From Vicinamibacterales bacterium (lineage in GTDB: Bacteria; Acidobacteriota; Vicinamibacteria; Vicinamibacterales; UBA2999): a stretch of DNA of 64,000 bases. Positions within the stretch are counted from its first letter, which is position 1. Every line of letters starts with the position of its first letter. The position numbers and the translations under genes were made by a program. The notes below the pieces were generated by a model. That model was not told the DNA's origin and did no database searches. It was given only the letters and a program-made list of their open reading frames with translations. Where the stretch lies: the NCBI GenBank assembly GCA_965249205.1, contig CBDFLL010000006.1, positions 822,267 to 886,266 of the forward strand, written 5' to 3'. Of this stretch, positions 37,773-46,577 are shown one piece after another.

Positions 37773-37961
37773 GAGCGTTTTTCGTTGATCCGTAGCGCGG
37801 CGGCCGAAGCCTGCGCGAGTCGTAGCAACCCAGGGGCGCGCTACGGTGTCGTGAAAAGCGCGGTAACGCGTTTTCGCCTTGTCCGTAGTACTCGGATGGG
37901 CCACTACCTCGGGCTACCGGTAGTCGCTGTTTATCGGTGCTATGAAGAACTCGAAAACGCG
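37773..37961. repeat. two tandem palindromic units with GCGYTTTTCG / CGAAAARCGC-type termini
   Basis: Unit 1 has the 10-bp inverted repeat ccgtagcgcg (37790-37799) / cgcgctacgg (37837-37846). Unit 2 has the 10-bp inverted repeat cgcgttttcg (37867-37876) / cgaaaacgcg (37952-37961). Termini resemble those of the 144-bp element. Confidence 0.4.
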
Positions 37962-38192
37962 ACTGACCTGCCGCGCTCGTCGGAGCGGTCCCGTGGCGCA
38001 ATTCCAAGGCTCATGTCGGCTGGCGCTTTTGGTGAGGCCCCGGCATCGGAGCGTCCCTGGACCGAGTAAGGGTGGCATAGTGCTTGCTTTGGTCTCTGCC
38101 GCTTGGCTGCATCGGCTCGAACAGACCGCGTCCATGGGGTTTCGCGACCTGCAAGAGTGTTCAGTATACGAAAACCAAAGAATTGGATCCCT

Positions 38193-38855
38193 ATGGTGCC
38201 TGGAATACGTTGGCTTCGACTCCCCGGCCCTGGATGGGGCCCCCCAGCCGGGTTACTAGCTTGTCTGCTAGCGAGTTTGCTGGGCGCGCCGGGTTTGGCT
38301 CTGGGCTCGCAGGCCCCGAGTTCGACCACCTGGACCGTGACACAGGGAGAGGTAACGGTTCGCGCGCGAATGACGGTCGGGGGCGGCTTCGACATCACGA
38401 CATCCGCGATCCAGGGGCAGCTCGCAGGTGAGGGGGCCGGCGCCGCGTTCGAGGGGCGGCTCGAGGTGGAGCTGGCGACGCTGGAGACGGGCATAGCGCT
38501 CCGCAACCGTCACCTGCGGACCAACTATCTGGAGGTCGACCGCGGCCTGGGCTTCGACCGGGCGGTGCTCACCGGCATCACGCTGGACCTGCCCCTGCTC
38601 CCGGACACGGCGCGACACGAGACCGACTTCTCCGCAGAGCTTCTCCTCCACGGTGTCACCCTTCCCGTGCGGGGCGAAGCGGAGTTCCGTCAGGCGAACG
38701 GACGGGTCAGCGTGGTCGCGCGCTTTCCCCTGAGCCTCGACGAGTTTTCGATTCCGCCTCCGCGCTACCTCGGCGTCGGGGTTCGCGACGCGGTCGAGGC
38801 CACGGTGGCCTTCGATGCCACAGCCAGCCAATCATCCGCGCCGGAGGCACCGTGA
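38193..38855 (+). CDS. YceI-like periplasmic protein
   Basis: Start at the ATG at 38193 (signal peptide MVPGIRWLRL...LLGAPGLALG); ...LATLETGIALRNRHLRTNYLEVD...LLLHGVTLPV.G.A......V.....F.LSLDEF.I... Confidence 0.65.
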   Translation: MVPGIRWLRLPGPGWGPPAGLLACLLASLLGAPGLALGSQAPSSTTWTVTQGEVTVRARMTVGGGFDITTSAIQGQLAGEGAGAAFEGRLEVELATLETGIALRNRHLRTNYLEVDRGLGFDRAVLTGITLDLPLLPDTARHETDFSAELLLHGVTLPVRGEAEFRQANGRVSVVARFPLSLDEFSIPPPRYLGVGVRDAVEATVAFDATASQSSAPEAP

Positions 38856-40021
38856 CAGCATCCGCTTCTGGGCCCTCTGCCCCAGTGCTCCTGGTCCTGG
38901 TCCTGGTTTCGATCGGTCTGCTGGCGAGCCTCGGGAGCGCGTCGGCCGAACCGATCCTCCTGTCGAAACAGTACGCCCGCTGTACAACGTGCCATTACTC
39001 TCCAACTGGCGGTGGCCTGCTGACGCCGTACGGGCGATCCCTCTCCCGGGAGGAGATCTCGATGTTCGGAGCCCGTGGCGAGGACGCCACTTCTGAAGAC
39101 GCAGGAATCGCCGGCGAGGAAGCGTTCCTCGGCGGCGCGCTGCGCAACGCGCTGGGTCCGGTGCAGCTCGGTATCGAGCTGCGCCCATCGCATCTGGAAG
39201 TCTCGGTGGGTGACAGGACCCTCGACGACCGGAACTTCTTCATGAACGCGGATCTCCTGGCGGCCTACCAGCGGGGCGGCTGGACGCTCTACGGCCAGAT
39301 CGGGCGTCAGCCGGAGGCGGATGGCGGAAAGATCGACAGTTACGAACATTGGGTGGGCTACCAGGCCGAAAACGGTGTCGGCGTCCGAGCCGGCCGCTTC
39401 TTGCCGGCCTATGGTGTTCGGCTCGCAGACCATACGACGTTCTCGCGCTCATCGCTCGGCCTGGCCCAGTACGACCAGGTCTACGGCCTCGAGGTGAGCT
39501 TTACCGGCGACCGATCGCTCCTCCAGTTGTCGGCTGGCCCCGGACTCGCCGATGCGCTCATCGACGACGACGGCCGCCGCGGATTCACCGCCAGCGGTCG
39601 CTTCCAGTTCGATCTTGACCCGCGTACGGTTGCGGTCGCGTCGGCGCTGTACCGCGACGAATCGGGCTTCGAACCACGCAGCACGGCGGTCGGCGGCGCC
39701 CTCGGCTTTTCGCCTCACACCCGCCTCACCACCTGGACCCAGCTGGACCTGGTGGCTCAGGAGCAGTTCGCGAGCGACCGGCGGTACGTCTTTGTCCACC
39801 AGACATCGGTCGAGGCCATCCCCGGCCTGTGGTTCAGGGTTTCGCCGCAAGTCGGCTGGGCGAGCGGCGACCCGCAGGCCGAGGTCCGCCGATTGGCGCT
39901 GGGCCTCGACGCCTTCCCCCGCACCCACTGGCACGTCAACGTGTCGTACTACCGGGACCGTGTGCCGTTCTTCGATCTGCAGAGCAGGACGTTGCTCGCC
40001 CAGTTGCACCTCTACCTGTGA
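38852..40021 (+). CDS. predicted outer-membrane beta-barrel protein with N-terminal CxxCH motif
   Basis: GTG start overlaps the YceI stop (GTGA). Signal peptide, then ARCTTCHYSPTGGGLLTPYGR. The rest shows alternating beta-strand-like pattern and ends ...LLAQLHLYL. Confidence 0.5.
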   Translation: MTASASGPSAPVLLVLVLVSIGLLASLGSASAEPILLSKQYARCTTCHYSPTGGGLLTPYGRSLSREEISMFGARGEDATSEDAGIAGEEAFLGGALRNALGPVQLGIELRPSHLEVSVGDRTLDDRNFFMNADLLAAYQRGGWTLYGQIGRQPEADGGKIDSYEHWVGYQAENGVGVRAGRFLPAYGVRLADHTTFSRSSLGLAQYDQVYGLEVSFTGDRSLLQLSAGPGLADALIDDDGRRGFTASGRFQFDLDPRTVAVASALYRDESGFEPRSTAVGGALGFSPHTRLTTWTQLDLVAQEQFASDRRYVFVHQTSVEAIPGLWFRVSPQVGWASGDPQAEVRRLALGLDAFPRTHWHVNVSYYRDRVPFFDLQSRTLLAQLHLYL

Positions 40022-40394
40022 GCGGCGTTGTTGCACGGATTGCAACCCGCTCGCTCCTGCCCCCACCCTACGGTTTCATCTTCTCGAGGCGTTTAACCGT
40101 GGTCAGCGCCCGTCCATCTTTCAACAGCAGCCAGTGAGGGCGTGGAGACTCAAGCAGGGAATTCAATCCGCGCACTCGATCTGATCGAGGGATGGCCGCA
40201 GTCTTTCTCGTGATCGGCTGGTCAATCAATCAGCAGCTTGGTTATTCAAATCGAAATCCAGCCAAGCCCAGACCGTCGAATGACCTACCGGTCGTGCATC
40301 TCTACAACTCAATCGAGCCAGAGACCTTCCGGTTCACAGATCAGCTCTCGGGCGGGACAGCAGGGCGCAAGTTTGCATCCGTATCCGCTGGTCC

Positions 40395-41852
40395 TCAACG
40401 CTCTCGCTCGGGCATGCGGTCGGCCATTGATGCCAACTCCTTCTCGTCGATGACACCGTCGCCGTTGGTATCGAACCTGGCAAACATCTGCGCCATGCGC
40501 TCGGGCACCTCATCGGCGCCGATCAGGCCGTCGTCATTGGAGTCGAACTGCAGGAGCCGGGTGATCGGGCTCACGGCAGCAGCGCCGCCGCCTTGGCGCC
40601 CACCCCCCAGGCCTCTGAGCTCGTCGGCTTCGAGCATGCCGTCGGCATTGGCATCAATCTGATCGAATCGGGCCTTGAGCGGTTCCGGAGCCTCGTCGCG
40701 GGTGACAACGCCATCGCCGTTTGCATCCCACCCCATCACTCGATCGGCGAATTCCGCGCTCCCACCTCCTCGGCCGCCCCGCCCACGTGCACCGAATCGG
40801 CCGTTACCGGCGCCCCGCCCTCCGCGGCCTGCGCCAAAGACGCGGCCAGCGTCCGCATCAACCGTCAGATGGACGGCGTCGGCCGGCTCTTCGATGTCTT
40901 GGAATACACCGGTTGCCGGCGTGACGCGCACACCAACCGGAGTTGTGATCTCGTACTCGAGGGGAGGCGCGTCGTTGTTCCAGTGCATGTGATACAGCGG
41001 ATCGATGAAGAATCCGAGGTACAGCTTTCCCGCACCTGTCCGGAGGAAGTCCTGGCTGACGTCAGCCCGCAGCTTCGTATAGAACGGGATCGGCGAGTCG
41101 TCGAGCCCGGGCTCGAGCCGGAGCGTCGACATTCGACCCGGGAGTGCGATGCGCGGCACGACGCCTTTGGCCACCGTCGGGACGGGCGGTTGGGTGACCA
41201 TGTCGAGGTCGCTCACCTGCGTAGGAGTCTCGACCGATCCGATCAGTCGCCCGAGATCCCGTCGCAGTGCGCCAGGATCGCTCCACGCCCGTCGCTCGAT
41301 CACGCGCCCGTCAGGGTCGATGATGAATTCGGCATTCGGCATGTCGCCCAGGGCATGCTTCAGATCGTTGGTCATCGCGTCGGCCAGCCAGGGTATGCGA
41401 GATCCCAGTTGTACCTCGGCCTGCGCGACGTGCATGAGGCGCTCTTCGAGGGTGAACGGGTCGACATAGTTACTGAGTTCGGGATGGGCCAACTGCTTGT
41501 ACAGATAGTAAAACTGGACCCCTTGCGGTGCGTAGTCGCGTTCGATCGTCTCCACACGGGAGACGTTATTCAGGAAGGGCGGTCAAGTCAGGCAGCCGAG
41601 AATCAGGACCGTGTGGCGCCCGTCGAGCACCGTTCGAAGCGACAGAGCCCGTCCGTCCCGGTCGTGCACGACCGCGTCCGGCATGAGCTCGCCGACCGCG
41701 GGCGCCTGTTGGTCGAAGTTTCGAGACACAGGCTGGGCTGCAGCAGCGTTCGTCCCAACCGTCGTGGTCCCAACGAGCGCAACCGCGAACGCGGTGAGCC
41801 AAGGGCCGAGCGCACGGCCGATTGGTTCGCCGATTCCGAGTCTCTCGCCCAT
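40395..41852 (-). CDS. candidate selenoprotein: iodothyronine-deiodinase-like (thioredoxin-fold, CxxU) domain, central domain of unknown function, and four C-terminal EF-hand loops; TGA at 41583-41585 read as Sec
   Basis: ORFs 41583-41903 and 40395-41555 are in the same frame and separated by one TGA. Read-through gives HTVLILGCLT-U-PPF...GVQFYYLYKQLAHPE...IPWLADAMTND...FIIDPDGRVIERRAW. There is a 7-bp hairpin 17 nt after the TGA. EF loops: DANGDGVVTRDE, DANADGMLEADE, DSNDDGLIGADE, DTNGDGVIDEKE. Confidence 0.6.
41547..41565 (-). promoter_or_regulatory. SECIS-like stem-loop downstream of the in-frame UGA
   Basis: mRNA sense CGUCUCC-CGUGU-GGAGACG: 7 Watson-Crick pairs and a 5-nt loop with G at loop position 2. 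The stem starts 17 nt after the UGA. Confidence 0.5.
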
Positions 41853-41861
41853 CGTGCGGTG

Positions 41862-41923
41862 TCGGTGGTGACTCGCATGATCCTTAGAAAACGGCCCGAT
41901 CACCCGGGTTCTTCAGCAGCCTG
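41862..41923 (+). mobile_element. solo terminal fragment (~62 bp) of the IS5-family element
   Basis: tcggtggtgactcgcatgatccttagaaaacggcccgatcacccgggttcttcagcagcctg is identical to the transposase-distal end of the full copies and is followed by CTA. Its interior side is joined 10 bp from the ATG of the selenoprotein candidate. Confidence 0.85.
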
Positions 41924-41940
41924 CTAGGCGCAATCGCATC

Positions 41941-42393
41941 GTGATTCTCATCGACGAGAACCCGGACCGTTGGTATTGGCAGGTCACGCACGAGCTTACC
42001 CATATTTTCTCATTCGCCATCATCCCGCGGTCTCAGAACAACGCCACCGTACCAGCCTGGCTGGACGAAGGATTGGCAAACTACATGGCTGGCGAATGGG
42101 ATCGTGAGGCCTTGGCGCAGCTGGGGGACATCGTGGGGGCTGACGGAGTACCGAAGATCTCAACCCTGAACGGCAACTGGGGCCCTGGGCCCAGGTTGCC
42201 CTACAACCTGGGTCATGCGGTCTTTGATTTCATCGAAGCAGAGTACGGAGTGGGGCGCATTCGGCAGTTCTTACTCGAAGTCGGCAGAAGTGTCGTCGAC
42301 GATACTGGTGATCCCTATCAGGCGGCGTTTCAGGTGGAGCCTGACGAGTTCGACCTCGCTTTCGAGCGGTACATGGAAGAGCGCTTCAGATAA
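41941..42393 (+). pseudogene. HExxH zinc metallopeptidase (MA-clan-like), 5'-truncated at the IS scar
   Basis: Frame opens right after the TAG formed at the IS target; ...WYWQVTHELTHIFSFAI...WLDEGLANYMAGEW...; only the C-terminal ~150 aa are present. Confidence 0.5.
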
Positions 42394-42456
42394 ACAGGCG
42401 CCCTCGCCCGTGCTTGGTTCTCCGAGCCATGTGGCCAGTGTGGGCTTCTGAGTGCC

Positions 42457-42491
42457 GATGGATCACCGGCCGAGGAGACCGGTGATCATCG
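42457..42491. terminator. hairpin between convergent genes
   Basis: cgatggatcaccgg / ccggtgatcatcg inverted repeat (one bulge) with a short loop, between 41941-42393 (+) and 42557-42979 (-). Confidence 0.4.
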
Positions 42492-42556
42492 GACGGGCTC
42501 GCCAGAGGAGCCGAGGTTGAGCCCCGGCTCCGCCCGATGCAAGTGTCCATAGCCCG

Positions 42557-42979
42557 TCACTCTTGGGATAGCAGCGGTTCCGCGACCAGCAGGGTCACGA
42601 GTGAGACCACTCCGATGAGCGTCCAATAGACCGGGGACGATGGAGAGGATTCAACCATCAGCCAGCTGGCCGAGACAGCGCCCACAACACATGGGGCAAC
42701 CACCTCCACAAGGTCCCATGGCTTCGATGCCCGGTGGCTGGCAACCTGCTGTTCGATGAGTCTTGCCTTGAGCCATACAAGGTAGGGATCGGGCAGGGGA
42801 CTGTTGTCCTGGGTCTCAAGGGCGAGCGTACGCAGACTGCCGCCGACGCGCGCGACCTCACCGCATGCCTGGCACATCATGGCGTGCGCTTCGAGCGCCT
42901 CGTCCACTTGGCCTGTCCGTGCAGCAGTCAACGCGCGCGCGTTGTGGGGACACTCTTCCGAGGAAAGAGTTCGATTCAT
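42557..42979 (-). CDS. anti-sigma factor (zf-HC2 type, single TM)
   Basis: ATG at 42979 overlaps the sigma-factor stop (ATGA); N-terminal C.H...(x)...CxxC (EECPHN...HAMMCQACGEV); C-terminal TM helix. Confidence 0.7.
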   Translation of the reverse strand: MNRTLSSEECPHNARALTAARTGQVDEALEAHAMMCQACGEVARVGGSLRTLALETQDNSPLPDPYLVWLKARLIEQQVASHRASKPWDLVEVVAPCVVGAVSASWLMVESSPSSPVYWTLIGVVSLVTLLVAEPLLSQE

Positions 42980-43497
42980 GACCTTGCCTCCGCAGGGTTT
43001 ATCTTCGGGCCGAGACCCTTTTCTCGCAGCGAGTTCGCCATCTTCCGCCTTGCGCGAAACAGGAGCACTCGTATGCTCTTTTCCCGCAGGCCGAGGATCG
43101 AGGCGATCTCGCGATGTTCGAATCCTTCGACATAGGCTAGCCACAGCAACGATCGCTGCTGCGGTGCCAGAGTGCGGAAGACGACTGACACGTCATGGTC
43201 ACGTTCTGGGTGGATGTTGGTTGCCCTGCGCACGCCGATGAAGGTCTTCCAGTCCCATCGCTGTTCGCGATTCACCCGACGCCAGTGGTCCACCAGGAGG
43301 TTACTGGCGATCCTGTACACGTAGCCCTTCTCCTGTGCGGGTTCGAGGCGCTCCGGCTCAACTCGTAGAAACCGTACGAAGGCATCTTGCAGGATATCGT
43401 CCGCCACGTCTGCACTGCCTGCGGCACGATGAATGTAGGACCGCAACGCCGGAGCCGTTCTTTGATAAAAGGCACGGAACGCTGCCTCATCCCTCAT
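42976..43497 (-). CDS. ECF (sigma-70 family group 4) RNA polymerase sigma factor
   Basis: 173 aa; region 2 (...DDILQDAFVRFL...) and region 4 (...LLWLAYVEGFEHREIASILGLREKSIRVLLFRARRKM). Confidence 0.9.
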   Translation of the reverse strand: MRDEAAFRAFYQRTAPALRSYIHRAAGSADVADDILQDAFVRFLRVEPERLEPAQEKGYVYRIASNLLVDHWRRVNREQRWDWKTFIGVRRATNIHPERDHDVSVVFRTLAPQQRSLLWLAYVEGFEHREIASILGLREKSIRVLLFRARRKMANSLREKGLGPKINPAEARS

Positions 43498-43572
43498 TCG
43501 GTCGACCGCAGGCTGCTGAGTGACCGCTGGACTGGCATTGGCAACTGGGTTGTCAGGTTATGTTGGAACCGC

Positions 43573-44043
43573 TCACGTCGGGCGCCCCGGTGGCATCGAC
43601 CCGTCCAGCACGTCACGCTTCCTCTCCGCGTCCCAGGTCTTTGACAGTCGTAGCGTGAGGAGCGCCGCGATCAGAAAGCCAATCCCGACGGCCAGGAAGA
43701 GTCCGCCTGCTATGAGAAGGCTTGGGTCCCGAAGTGCTAGAAGTAGAAAGGCTACCCCCAGGCAAGCCAGCACACTTCCAGCGACCATGGGAGCCAGGGC
43801 ACGCGTCTTCACGCTGCTCTCAGCCCTTCCGAGGTCCTCGATGATCTTCTTGCCGCCCTCGGTCTCAAGAAACTGCGCCAGTTCAACACCCGAAGCGAAC
43901 TTGTCAATCAGGTGTTTGTGAAGCTCGGTTCGCGCCTGCGTTCTCGTCTGCTTCTCGCGAGTCTTAAACCACACGATGAACACGACCATCACGAACGCAG
44001 CCATCGGGACGAGTATCGGGATGAGCAAAGGGGATAGGTTCAT
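43573..44043 (-). CDS. membrane protein of unknown function (3 predicted TM segments)
   Basis: 156 aa; hydrophobic N-terminus and two C-terminal TM stretches; same strand and just upstream of the sigma/anti-sigma pair. Confidence 0.45.
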   Translation of the reverse strand: MNLSPLLIPILVPMAAFVMVVFIVWFKTREKQTRTQARTELHKHLIDKFASGVELAQFLETEGGKKIIEDLGRAESSVKTRALAPMVAGSVLACLGVAFLLLALRDPSLLIAGGLFLAVGIGFLIAALLTLRLSKTWDAERKRDVLDGSMPPGRPT

Positions 44044-44196
44044 AGACAGTCCTTCTCATGTTCACGACAGTGTTTCGTGCACCCCTGGATGGGCTGCTCG
44101 ACCAGACCGACTGAATCAATCAGCAAGTAATCTCATGTCCATAACGTTCGCGGGGGCAGACTGGTTAACAGTCCGATCGAAGAGCCCGACGCCTCA

Positions 44197-46371
44197 TCAG
44201 AACTGGACTCTCACCCCGCCATTGATGACTCGGCCGTCGAGGGGTGCCCAGGCGTCGACAGTCCAGCGGCCATCTGTCGCTCGGTCGGGGCGGAGAAGAG
44301 GGTCCCATCGACTTTGCCGCGCGTCCGTCAGGTTCTCGGCATTGACGAATAAGCGCAGGGGACCAATACGCCGCTCGACCAGGAGACCCATGACCGTGTA
44401 TGAATTGCCCGTGTCGCGGTAGGGGTTTTCCTCGAGCCGTTGGCGGCCCGTGTAATACCACTCGAAACCGAGACGCGCGTCTTCGTTCTCCACCATCGCC
44501 ACCAGGCCGACGCTGTGACGTGGCGTCAGCTCGACGTCGTTCGTGACCTCCCCAACTTTCTCACGTGAGCGAACATAGGTGTAGCTGGCCGTCAGCGCCA
44601 ACGGCGACTGCCGCAGCATCCCCAGCAGCTCCACACCCACGCTCGTGGTGGGTTCGGTAAGGTTCCGGAGGACATAGGCCTCCCGGTCCACTTTCACCGG
44701 GTCGGCGATGCGCGACCCAAAGAACGTGGCGGTATACGACAGCGGACCTTGAGTTCGGGTGAGGTCTATCGAGAGACTGCGCCCCTGTTCAGCTCGCAGT
44801 GGGCCTTCCACCGTGAGCCGGGTCAAACCGGCCGCTTCCGTTTCTTCAGTGAGAGGGGAGGGACCGAAGAATCCGCTCCCGGCCGACATGCGCGTCGACC
44901 AGTCGCCCGACCGAAACAGCGCGGATACGCGCGGACTGAAGAACGTGCCGTATTCGCTGTGATGATCTAGTCGTCCGCTCATCGACAGAGCCAGCCACGG
45001 CCTGATATCGATGTCGTCCTGGATAAAGATGCCCGGCGTCGTAAACGTATAAGCGAAGCCCGGCAGATCGGACGGGTCGTAGGTGTCTTGTTCGACGGCG
45101 ACACCGCCGACCCATGTGTGCCCTCCGCTTGAACCCCGAAGCGTGACCTCACCGAAGTACGTGCTGTGGCGGTCACGCTCAAGGACTTCGCCAAACCGAT
45201 GGTCGTGCCACTGGCGGGACGCCGTGGCCCGTGTGGTCAACACGTAGCGTTCAGCTGGCAGCATCTGCCACAACATCCCGACGTCGAAGCGCCGCGTCTC
45301 AAGGCTCTCCGTGTGGGGCACTCCCGTCGCAGGTAAGACAGCGTCTGGCTGCGTTCCGCCGGTTCGGTTTTCGAGCGTCGTGCCAACGGTGACAAAGAAC
45401 GACTGACCCAGCCCGTCATTCCAGAACAGCCGCGGCCTGGCGACGCCGCGTTGATAGTGGGCCAGGTCTGTCCACGCGTCTCCATCGACGTCCGTCTGAT
45501 CCTGCCAGTGACCGCCCCCAAGGAAGGTGATACCCCACGAGTTCGAGAGTGGTGCGGACAACCAGAGCACGCCGTCTGTGGCGCCGCGCGTTGATTGATT
45601 CACGAGGAATTCGTGTTCGGGTTCGTCGCCGGGGCGACGAGAGATGAGGTTCACGACTCCACCGAGCGCGCCAGCGCCATAGAGTGCGGAGGCCACACCC
45701 TTGATGACCTCCACTTGACCCAGGTCCATGGGCGGAATCTGGAGCAACCCGAGGCCACCTGGCTGACTGCCAAAGAGCGGCAGTCCGTCAGAGAGGAAGC
45801 GCGTGTAGCGGCCGCGCATCCCCTGAATGCGAACGCTGGCACCACCAAGCGAAGGCGACGTCGTTTGCACGCGAAGGCCACCCGTTTCGTTCAGCATCAT
45901 GCCGATATCGCCCGGGGTCATGAGGATCTTTTCTTCGATCTCTTCGCGATTGAGTACCTCGACCCGCATCGCCTGGTCTTCAATGCGCCGCTCGGTCCGC
46001 GTGCTGGCCACGACGGTGACCTCCTCCTCGAGCGTGAGCTGCTGCACGACCTCGATGCTGACCAAGTGCTCCTGACCCGCCACGACATCTACCGGAACGG
46101 TGACCGGAATAAATCCCTCCGGCACGACCGTCACCCGCACGTTGCCAGCCGGCACGCTGAAGAGCACAACTCCTTGCTCATCGGTCAGCTGTGTGACTCC
46201 CGTCACCACAACCTCCGCGGCTGCCACAGGTTCATCCGGGCCGGTGTGAACCTCTACTCGAATGTTTCCTGTTGGCTCCTGACCACTGACGTGGCTCACC
46301 AGTCCTCCGACCAGGAGGGCGACGAAGGCGACACTTCTCACCCCGCGACCCCTACCTGGAAGTGGTTTCAT
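44197..46371 (-). CDS. TonB-dependent receptor with N-terminal carboxypeptidase-regulatory-like domain
   Basis: Start at the ATG at 46371 (MKPLPGRGRGVRSVAFVALLVGG signal). Plug motifs (...VEVIKG.ASALYGAGALGGVVNLISR...); terminal ...GGVRVQF. Confidence 0.85.
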   Translation of the reverse strand: MKPLPGRGRGVRSVAFVALLVGGLVSHVSGQEPTGNIRVEVHTGPDEPVAAAEVVVTGVTQLTDEQGVVLFSVPAGNVRVTVVPEGFIPVTVPVDVVAGQEHLVSIEVVQQLTLEEEVTVVASTRTERRIEDQAMRVEVLNREEIEEKILMTPGDIGMMLNETGGLRVQTTSPSLGGASVRIQGMRGRYTRFLSDGLPLFGSQPGGLGLLQIPPMDLGQVEVIKGVASALYGAGALGGVVNLISRRPGDEPEHEFLVNQSTRGATDGVLWLSAPLSNSWGITFLGGGHWQDQTDVDGDAWTDLAHYQRGVARPRLFWNDGLGQSFFVTVGTTLENRTGGTQPDAVLPATGVPHTESLETRRFDVGMLWQMLPAERYVLTTRATASRQWHDHRFGEVLERDRHSTYFGEVTLRGSSGGHTWVGGVAVEQDTYDPSDLPGFAYTFTTPGIFIQDDIDIRPWLALSMSGRLDHHSEYGTFFSPRVSALFRSGDWSTRMSAGSGFFGPSPLTEETEAAGLTRLTVEGPLRAEQGRSLSIDLTRTQGPLSYTATFFGSRIADPVKVDREAYVLRNLTEPTTSVGVELLGMLRQSPLALTASYTYVRSREKVGEVTNDVELTPRHSVGLVAMVENEDARLGFEWYYTGRQRLEENPYRDTGNSYTVMGLLVERRIGPLRLFVNAENLTDARQSRWDPLLRPDRATDGRWTVDAWAPLDGRVINGGVRVQF

Positions 46372-46518
46372 AGCCTCGTCGCGGGTGACCGCAGACGGGG
46401 CCGCCCCGTTCGCGCCGCAGGCCCTGGGTCCACGCCGCGCCCGCCTGTGCGGTGGGGTGGTGGGCACGAATGGGGCTGTCTGCGGTCAGCACCCGCCTGG
46501 AGGCTACTGAAACCGCCT

Positions 46519-46566
46519 GTACCGAGAGTAGTGATCCCGCACGCTCGTGTGGGATCCTCTCGGTAC
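46519..46566 (-). terminator. long hairpin after the DUF411 gene
   Basis: gtaccgagag ... ctctcggtac (10-bp perfect inverted repeat) enclosing a second inverted repeat (gatccc.ca / tg.gggatc), 12 nt after the stop at 46578; weak U tract. Confidence 0.45.
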
Positions 46567-46577
46567 GTTTTGTTGTG

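Noticed and set aside
41553-41555. GTG at 41555 as an independent start for a stand-alone EF-hand protein (40395-41555), with 41583-41903 as a separate small thioredoxin-like ORF
   Set aside because: The split would cut a deiodinase/thioredoxin fold exactly at its redox residue and leave both halves non-functional. The frames are identical, and the intervening codons continue the family motif (U-PPF). This remains the formal alternative if the genome lacks Sec machinery.
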